From assembly GCA_903852815.1 (NCBI GenBank), contig CAINRW010000104.1, forward strand, positions 5,988 to 69,987: a stretch of 64,000 bases of DNA. The letters run 5' to 3'. The notes under the pieces were generated by a model. That model saw only the letters and a program-made list of their open reading frames with translations, was not told the origin of the DNA and ran no database searches. Each line of letters starts with the position of its first letter. Positions within the stretch are counted from its first letter, which is position 1. Shown piece after piece: positions 58,358 to 64,000 of this stretch. The stretch comes from an uncultured Actinomycetes bacterium. GTDB taxonomy: Bacteria > Actinomycetota > Actinomycetes > Nanopelagicales > Nanopelagicaceae. A program made the translations under genes and the position numbers.

Positions 58358-59472
58358 CAGACACTCACTTTCTTTGCCATCAACTCAACAAAACGGTCGA
58401 ATAAATAAGCCGCATCATGTGGACCTGCGGCAGCTTCTGGATGATATTGAACAGAGAAAGCTGGACGGTCAAGTAGTTGTAAACCTTCAACTACTCCATC
58501 ATTGAGATTCACATGAGTAACTTCGCCCTGGCCATAAACTGTTGTGAACTGACCTTGCGTTGGTGCTTCAAGTGCGAAACCATGATTGTGCGCCGTGATT
58601 TCAACTTTGCCTGTATTTTTATCTAGAACAGGTTGATTTATTCCTCGATGACCAAATTGCAATTTATAGGTTTCAAAACCTAGTGCACGACCGAGAATTT
58701 GGTGCCCGAAGCAAATTCCAAAAATCGGAATTTCAGCTGCTAACACTGATCGAACAAGTTCAATTGTTGCGCTCATGGTAGCCGGGTCTCCTGGGCCATT
58801 TGAGAGAAATACTCCGTCAGGATTAATCGATTTAATTTCATCCAGTGTGGAATCGTAAGGCATCACATGCACCTCTACTCCGCGTTGGGACAACATTCGT
58901 GGAGTTGCGGCCTTAATTCCTAAATCTATCGCGGCGACTGTGAACTTCTTTTTACCCACTGCAGGGACGATATATTTTGTGGGCGTTGAAACATCTCTAA
59001 CTAAAAATGCACCAGCCATTAACGGCGCTTTACGGACTTCGATGACCATCTCTTCACGGCTTTGATCTAGAGATGAAAAAATCCCGACGCGCATTGCGCC
59101 TCGATCTCGAACGTGTCGAGTAATTGCACGAGTGTCTACGCCTTGAATACCCACGATTTGCTGTGACACTAATTCGGCTTCAAGGTCATTTTGTGAACGC
59201 CAATTGGAAGTTAAAGTAGTTGGGTTTCGAACCACAAATCCTGCTACCCAAATTTTCGAGGACTCATTATCATCATCATTCATGCCGGTATTTCCAATAT
59301 GCGGCGCAGTCATGATCACGATTTGATGATGATATGAAGGATCGGTAAGGGTCTCTTGATAGCCAGTCATACCTGTTTGGAATACAGCTTCACCGAAAAC
59401 TTTTCCAGTTGCTCCCCAGGACTTGCCTTCAAAAATTCGTCCATCATCGAAAACCAAATATGCAAGTGACAT
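58357..59472 (-). CDS. carA: Carbamoyl-phosphate synthase small subunit
   Basis: [33 protein letters not shown]. Confidence 0.97.
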   Translation of the reverse strand: MSLAYLVFDDGRIFEGKSWGATGKVFGEAVFQTGMTGYQETLTDPSYHHQIVIMTAPHIGNTGMNDDDNESSKIWVAGFVVRNPTTLTSNWRSQNDLEAELVSQQIVGIQGVDTRAITRHVRDRGAMRVGIFSSLDQSREEMVIEVRKAPLMAGAFLVRDVSTPTKYIVPAVGKKKFTVAAIDLGIKAATPRMLSQRGVEVHVMPYDSTLDEIKSINPDGVFLSNGPGDPATMSATIELVRSVLAAEIPIFGICFGHQILGRALGFETYKLQFGHRGINQPVLDKNTGKVEITAHNHGFALEAPTQGQFTTVYGQGEVTHVNLNDGVVEGLQLLDRPAFSVQYHPEAAAGPHDAAYLFDRFVELMAKKVSV

Positions 59473-60780
59473 TTACATACTCGCTCTCTGTGTGACGTGA
59501 CCATCGATTACAGTAGCGCGACCTCGAAAGAAAGTATGGGTGACCACACCAGGTAATTCCATGCCATGGAAAGGTGTATTGCGACTCTTGGAAAGCACCA
59601 AATCGCGATCCACCATCCAATTCTTGCTTGGATCGATAATCGTAATGTGCGCAGGTGCGCCTACAGCTATTCCCATTTCATGGTCGCTATATCTACCTAT
59701 TTTTGCAGGTGTTAATGAAAGCCTGTCTGCCACTGCAGCCCAGTCAAGCAGTTTGGTTTCAATCATAGTTTTATTTACTATCGAAAGTGCACTCTCTAAA
59801 CCAATCATTCCAAAGGCTGCTTCCTGCCATTCGCAATCTTTCGATTCACTTGAATGTGGAGCGTGATCAGTTGCAACAATATCTATCGTTCCATCTGCAA
59901 GTGCTTCTCTTAGTGCTTCAACATCTTTCTGGGTGCGAAGCGGTGGATTGACCTTGAAAACTGGATCATAAGAAATAGCTAAATCATCGGTAAGTAAAAG
60001 GTGGTGAGGAGTAACTTCGGCAGTAACTTCAATTCCGCGAGCTTTTGCCCATCGGATAATCTCTACTCCCCCAGCTGTAGTTACATGGCAAATGTGAAGA
60101 CGAGAATGCACATGATCAGCCAATAGGACATCGCGCGCGATGATGGCTTCTTCTGCAATTGCTGGCCAACCCTTTAATCCAAGCCGGGAACTTATTTCAC
60201 CCTCATTCATTTGCGCACCGACAGTCAGTCGAGGTTCTTGTGCATGTTGTGCGATTACACCATCGAATTTGCGGATGTATTCAAGTGCGCGGCGCATTAC
60301 TAATGGATCCGAAACGCAATTTCCGTCGTCGCTAAATACTCGAACCTTTGCAATCGAATCTGCCATTGCTCCAATTTCAGATAACTGCTTTCCTTCTAAA
60401 GCATGCGTGACGGCACCAATTGGAAACACGTCAAGCAATCCTGCTTCTTGACCCAAACGAAATACTTGCTCTACAACTCCGGCAGTATCTGCGACCGGTG
60501 AAGTATTCGCCATCGCCGAGAGCGCAGTAAAGCCACCTTTTGCACCAGACCTACTAGCAGTTAAAACAGTTTCCGAATCTTCACGTCCTGGTTCACGAAC
60601 ATGGGTATGTAAGTCCACTAAGCCGGGCAGAATGATTGAGCCTTTAGCATCAATAATCGTGGCTGCATCATTGGTGATAGTTGGGGCGATTTGAGCAATC
60701 ACACCATTTGAAATCAGTAGATCCGAAGAATCAACACCGAGAATCGATGCGCCTTTAATTAAATACTGTGCACTTGTCAT
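59473..60780 (-). CDS. pyrC: Dihydroorotase
   Basis: [31 protein letters not shown]. Confidence 0.95.
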   Translation of the reverse strand: MTSAQYLIKGASILGVDSSDLLISNGVIAQIAPTITNDAATIIDAKGSIILPGLVDLHTHVREPGREDSETVLTASRSGAKGGFTALSAMANTSPVADTAGVVEQVFRLGQEAGLLDVFPIGAVTHALEGKQLSEIGAMADSIAKVRVFSDDGNCVSDPLVMRRALEYIRKFDGVIAQHAQEPRLTVGAQMNEGEISSRLGLKGWPAIAEEAIIARDVLLADHVHSRLHICHVTTAGGVEIIRWAKARGIEVTAEVTPHHLLLTDDLAISYDPVFKVNPPLRTQKDVEALREALADGTIDIVATDHAPHSSESKDCEWQEAAFGMIGLESALSIVNKTMIETKLLDWAAVADRLSLTPAKIGRYSDHEMGIAVGAPAHITIIDPSKNWMVDRDLVLSKSRNTPFHGMELPGVVTHTFFRGRATVIDGHVTQRASM

Positions 60781-61727
60781 GAATTGGCACCAACTTCCAA
60801 AGCTCCACCTGCAAGTAAAACGTAAAGAATCGCCATTCGCACGTTCACTCCATTGGTTACTTGTTCGACAATTACAGAACGGGCGCTATCTGCAACATCT
60901 GCACTAATTTCAAGACCACGATTCATTGGTCCCGGATGCATCACAATGGCGTGAGTTGCCATTTTCGACATTCGCTCAGAATTCAAGCCGAAATAACGGG
61001 AATATTCACGCGAATTAGGGAAAAAGAGATCGGTCATTCTTTCCTGTTGAACTCGCAACATCATAATTGCATCAACATTGGGAATTACAGAATCGAAATC
61101 AAAAGAGACCGAAGCTGGCCAACTTTCAACACCAACTGGCAACAATGTTGGTGGTGCTACAAGAACAACATCAGCACCCAATAAGGAAAGTAAGAGCACG
61201 TTTGAGCGGGCGACTCGCGAATGTAAAACATCGCCGACAATGGCAACACGAATACCTGCAAGATCACGTGAACCCTTACCTAAATGCTTACGAATGGTGA
61301 ATGCGTCTAGTAGCGCTTGACTCGGATGTTCATGTGTTCCATCGCCGGCGTTTATTACGCTGCCCGACATCCATTCAAGATCGGCTAAACGTTGCGCAGC
61401 ACCAGATGCTGAATGTCGTATCACTACTGCATCTGCACCCATGGCCTGCAAAGTCTGAGCAGTATCTTTAAGTGATTCGCCCTTGCTGGTACTTGATCCC
61501 TTGGCCGAAAAATTAATGACGTCGGCGGAAAGTCTTTTAGCTGCGGCTTCAAAAGAAATTCGCGTTCTAGTTGAGTCTTCGGCAAATAGATTTACAATCG
61601 TTCTGCCTCGAAGTGTAGGCAATTTCTTTGTTTGCCCATCACTGATTCTTGCTAGCTCCGTTGCGGTATCTAAAATTGAAATTGCTTCATGTGCTGAAAG
61701 ATCACTGATTGAGAGTAAGTGGCGCAT
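60777..61727 (-). CDS. pyrB: Aspartate carbamoyltransferase catalytic subunit
   Basis: [26 protein letters not shown]. Confidence 0.97.
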   Translation of the reverse strand: MRHLLSISDLSAHEAISILDTATELARISDGQTKKLPTLRGRTIVNLFAEDSTRTRISFEAAAKRLSADVINFSAKGSSTSKGESLKDTAQTLQAMGADAVVIRHSASGAAQRLADLEWMSGSVINAGDGTHEHPSQALLDAFTIRKHLGKGSRDLAGIRVAIVGDVLHSRVARSNVLLLSLLGADVVLVAPPTLLPVGVESWPASVSFDFDSVIPNVDAIMMLRVQQERMTDLFFPNSREYSRYFGLNSERMSKMATHAIVMHPGPMNRGLEISADVADSARSVIVEQVTNGVNVRMAILYVLLAGGALEVGANS

Positions 61728-61730
61728 CTT

Positions 61731-62261
61731 TTAGCCTTGCCCCTCAATTGTTACTTCATCAGTTCCATCTACCTCTTCAATTTGTACTTTTACAGTTTGC
61801 TCGCGAGAAGTAGGTAGATTTTTTCCAACAAAATCCGCGCGAATAGGTAATTGGCGATGTCCGCGATCTATCAGGACCGCTAGTTGCACACTTGCAGGCC
61901 GCCCAACTTCACCCAAGGCATCCAGGGCTGCTCGAATGGTTCTCCCGGAGAAAAGTACATCGTCAATTAAAATAAGGTCCCGGCCTTCAACTCCGAAAGC
62001 AGGAATAGACGTTGCCATGATTGTTCGTGGAGGTCGTAGTCGAAGATCATCTCGATACAGTGTGATGTCGAGGGTTCCCACGGGAATCTCGCGACCCTCA
62101 ATCCCACTCATGATTGTGGAGATTCGTGATGCCAAATGGGCACCCCGGGTGGGAATTCCAAGTAAAACTAAATTTGTAGAGCCATGGTTTTTTTCAAGAA
62201 TCTCATGGGAAATACGCGTCAACGCACGCGACATATCTTGTGCGGACAGGGCTACGCTCAT
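61731..62261 (-). CDS. pyrR: Pyrimidine regulatory protein / uracil PRTase PyrR
   Basis: RISHEILE, TRG, LDITLYRDD, DDVLFSGRTIRAA, RQLPIRADFVG; start after GAAGGAG. Confidence 0.95.
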   Translation of the reverse strand: MSVALSAQDMSRALTRISHEILEKNHGSTNLVLLGIPTRGAHLASRISTIMSGIEGREIPVGTLDITLYRDDLRLRPPRTIMATSIPAFGVEGRDLILIDDVLFSGRTIRAALDALGEVGRPASVQLAVLIDRGHRQLPIRADFVGKNLPTSREQTVKVQIEEVDGTDEVTIEGQG

Positions 62262-62267
62262 ATAAAT

Positions 62268-62304
62268 CTCCTTCCCCACCTCGCTGGATGGGTCGTTAAA
62301 GGAT
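62268..62304 (-). promoter_or_regulatory. PyrR RNA-binding element overlapping the pyrR Shine-Dalgarno
   Basis: Minus strand ATCCTTTAACGACCCATCCAGCGAGGTGGGGAAGGAG has the CUUUAA and UCCnGnGAGG elements of PyrR binding loops and includes the SD. Confidence 0.8.
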
Positions 62305-62384
62305 GCGTCGCAAACTATATCAGGGACGTTGCAAAGCTGTGGATATCTGCGCTGTGTCTCCTGCCATAGGAATAACCTCGACAC

Positions 62385-62867
62385 ATGACCAATCAACTTA
62401 TTGATATTTCCGCTCGACTTCGCACCATTCGACGCAAGCGCACTTTAACCCTTAAACAGATTGAAAAGATGAGCCATGGACGGCTCGGCGCAGTTTCAAT
62501 GGGTGCCTACGAACGTGGCACTCGCGCTTTAAGCGTCAGCAAAGCAATCGAGATTGCAGATTTTTATCAAATCCCACTCAACTTCCTACTTTCAGGAAAG
62601 GAGGCGGAATCAAGGCAGGCTCAATCGCTAGTAATCGATGTGCGTGAATTGAGATCGCTGCTAAACAATGAAATAGCACAGAAAAAAATGACTACCGTTG
62701 TAATTTCTTCCTATCTGACTGGAATTCTGAACCAGAGAAATGATTTCAATGCCCAACTACTCTCACTTCGAGTAAGTGATGCGCAAAATATTTCGATGAT
62801 GCTCAACTTGACGATGCAACAAACTACTTCTTTACTTCAGGAGCACAAACTACTTATTACTAGATAG
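62385..62867 (+). CDS. bldD: BldD-like XRE-family transcriptional regulator
   Basis: RLRTIR, GAYERGTRA.S, ADFY.IP (cf. BldD GSYERGDRAVT, ADFYGVP); C-terminal RND-x8-RVSD; pyrR/nusB neighbourhood as in Streptomyces. Confidence 0.8.
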   Translation: MTNQLIDISARLRTIRRKRTLTLKQIEKMSHGRLGAVSMGAYERGTRALSVSKAIEIADFYQIPLNFLLSGKEAESRQAQSLVIDVRELRSLLNNEIAQKKMTTVVISSYLTGILNQRNDFNAQLLSLRVSDAQNISMMLNLTMQQTTSLLQEHKLLITR

Positions 62868-63282
62868 AAATACTTGTCTTAAGCGAAGCGATGCGACCGA
62901 GTACGCCGTGAATGTACTGCGCAGAATCATCTGTTGATAATGCTTTAGCAAGATCTAAAGCTTCATCAATGGCAACACCATCTGGAATTTCACTTTCCCA
63001 AAGGATTTCATAAATTCCTAGGCGAAGAATATTTCTATCCACGTTAGGCAGTCGATCCATATCCCAGCCTTGGGCGTAGGTCATGATTAATTCATCGATT
63101 TTTCGAGAATTATCATTAACACCTGTCACCAATTTTCGTGTGTACTCACGAATTGGACGCGCATCAGGACCTTCTTCGACCACGTCTCGAAGATTCAAAA
63201 TCTCAAGAGCATTAGTCCCGCGAATATCGCATTCGAATAAAAGATCTAACGCTTGTTTTCGAGACTTACTTCTAGCTGACAC
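62860..63282 (-). CDS. nusB: Transcription antitermination factor NusB
   Basis: ARSKSRKQALDLLF, VDRNILRLG, VAIDEA.LAK, IHGVLG. Confidence 0.95.
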   Translation of the reverse strand: MSARSKSRKQALDLLFECDIRGTNALEILNLRDVVEEGPDARPIREYTRKLVTGVNDNSRKIDELIMTYAQGWDMDRLPNVDRNILRLGIYEILWESEIPDGVAIDEALDLAKALSTDDSAQYIHGVLGRIASLKTSISI

Positions 63283-63842
63283 TAGTTAGCGCGACCTTGG
63301 TAAGACCCATCCCGTGTATCAACCATGACAATCTCATCCTGCTTGATAAAGAGTGGAACTTGAATTTCAATTCCAGTTTCAACAGTTGCTGGCTTTGTGC
63401 CGCCAGAGGAACGATCTCCCTGGATACCAGGTTCAGTGTACGTAATTCGAAGTGGAACCGATGCCGCAAGTTCGATGTAGAGCGGATTGCCCTCGTTAAT
63501 TGCTACAACAGCATCTGTGTTTTCTAACATGTAGTTTGCCATGTCACTTACGACGGCAGCCGGGATAGTCATCTGGTCATATGTCTTGCTATCCATGAAT
63601 ACGAAATCATCGCCTTCTTTGTACAAATACTGCATATCGCGCTTTTCAAGAATCGCGATTTCAATTTTTACACCAGAGTTAAACGTACGATCAATTACTT
63701 TTCCAGTCAGAACTGACTTCAACTTTGTACGAACGAAAGCTGGACCTTTGCCCGGCTTTACATGCTGGAACTCAACTACTGTCCAGAGCTGTGATTCGAT
63801 TTCGAGTGTGATTCCATTTTTTAGATCAGCCGTTGTTGCCAC
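63282..63842 (-). CDS. efp: Elongation factor P
   Basis: [32 protein letters not shown]. Confidence 0.97.
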   Translation of the reverse strand: MATTADLKNGITLEIESQLWTVVEFQHVKPGKGPAFVRTKLKSVLTGKVIDRTFNSGVKIEIAILEKRDMQYLYKEGDDFVFMDSKTYDQMTIPAAVVSDMANYMLENTDAVVAINEGNPLYIELAASVPLRITYTEPGIQGDRSSGGTKPATVETGIEIQVPLFIKQDEIVMVDTRDGSYQGRAN

Positions 63843-63935
63843 AGTTCAAACTCCAGTCATGTAATAAATATTTCGACCATTGGTGTTCAATGGCAAGGGC
63901 TAAAGAATACCTGCATTTTCTGAGTTATTTGGCCT

Positions 63936-64000
63936 TTAGCCAAGTAAGGCTTTTAGCGCATTGATCGCCAAAACATATGAATTTGGCCCAAAACCGGCGA
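63936..64000 (-). CDS. aroQ: 3' end of a gene, probably type II 3-dehydroquinate dehydratase (partial)
   Basis: Minus frame reads AGFGPNSYVLAINALKALLG-stop, matching the AroQ C-terminal GxGxxSYxLA; aro genes precede efp in actinobacteria. Confidence 0.6.
   Translation of the reverse strand, partial: AGFGPNSYVLAINALKALLG

Noticed and set aside
278-63864. Many short ORFs in the six-frame track that overlap housekeeping genes (e.g. 7312-7821, 38115-38618, 45203-45739, 53434-53994)
   Set aside because: They are antisense or out-of-frame shadows of well-conserved genes, with no recognisable motifs or start signals.
63877-63941. Inverted repeats CCATTG/CAATGG and GGCTAAAG/CTTTAGCC upstream of efp
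   Set aside because: Short stems, a 28-nt loop in the second and no U tract; compatible with chance or a weak processing hairpin.

Overview
Housekeeping chromosome segment of a streamlined actinobacterium with low GC for the phylum (judged by eye). Gene content and near-absent intergenic spacers suggest a freshwater acI / Ca. Nanopelagicales-like organism (inference). The window spans the replication terminus: a dif site sits at 16473-16500, exactly where gene orientation flips (16 of 18 CDS on + before it, 41 of 51 on - after it). Content: pyrG-ald-xerD, an oppositely oriented parA-like pair, scpAB-rluB, aroH-tyrA-cmk/der, gcvH-FHA-MerR-DUF151-MerR-gcvP, lnt to tatAC-pafBC-trmI, mshC cluster, tRNA-Leu-apt-tdk, purine permease, his/rpe/fmt/def/priA/metK/coaBC/rpoZ, the pyr operon, a bldD orthologue and nusB-efp. 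I found no mobile element, prophage or CRISPR array. Most interesting: (1) an AT-rich 268-bp intergenic region with five roughly helically phased TATCGATA palindromes, near a divergent ParA plus partner pair, scpAB and dif; (2) an in-frame mIHF-guanylate kinase fusion; (3) an apt start codon 1 nt after the tRNA-Leu discriminator; (4) a BldD orthologue with an intact c-di-GMP signature; (5) three divergent leaderless promoter pairs, each with exactly 26 bp between the -10 hexamers; (6) a 1-nt carB frameshift; (7) Pup-proteasome and riboflavin synthesis genes absent from their usual loci.
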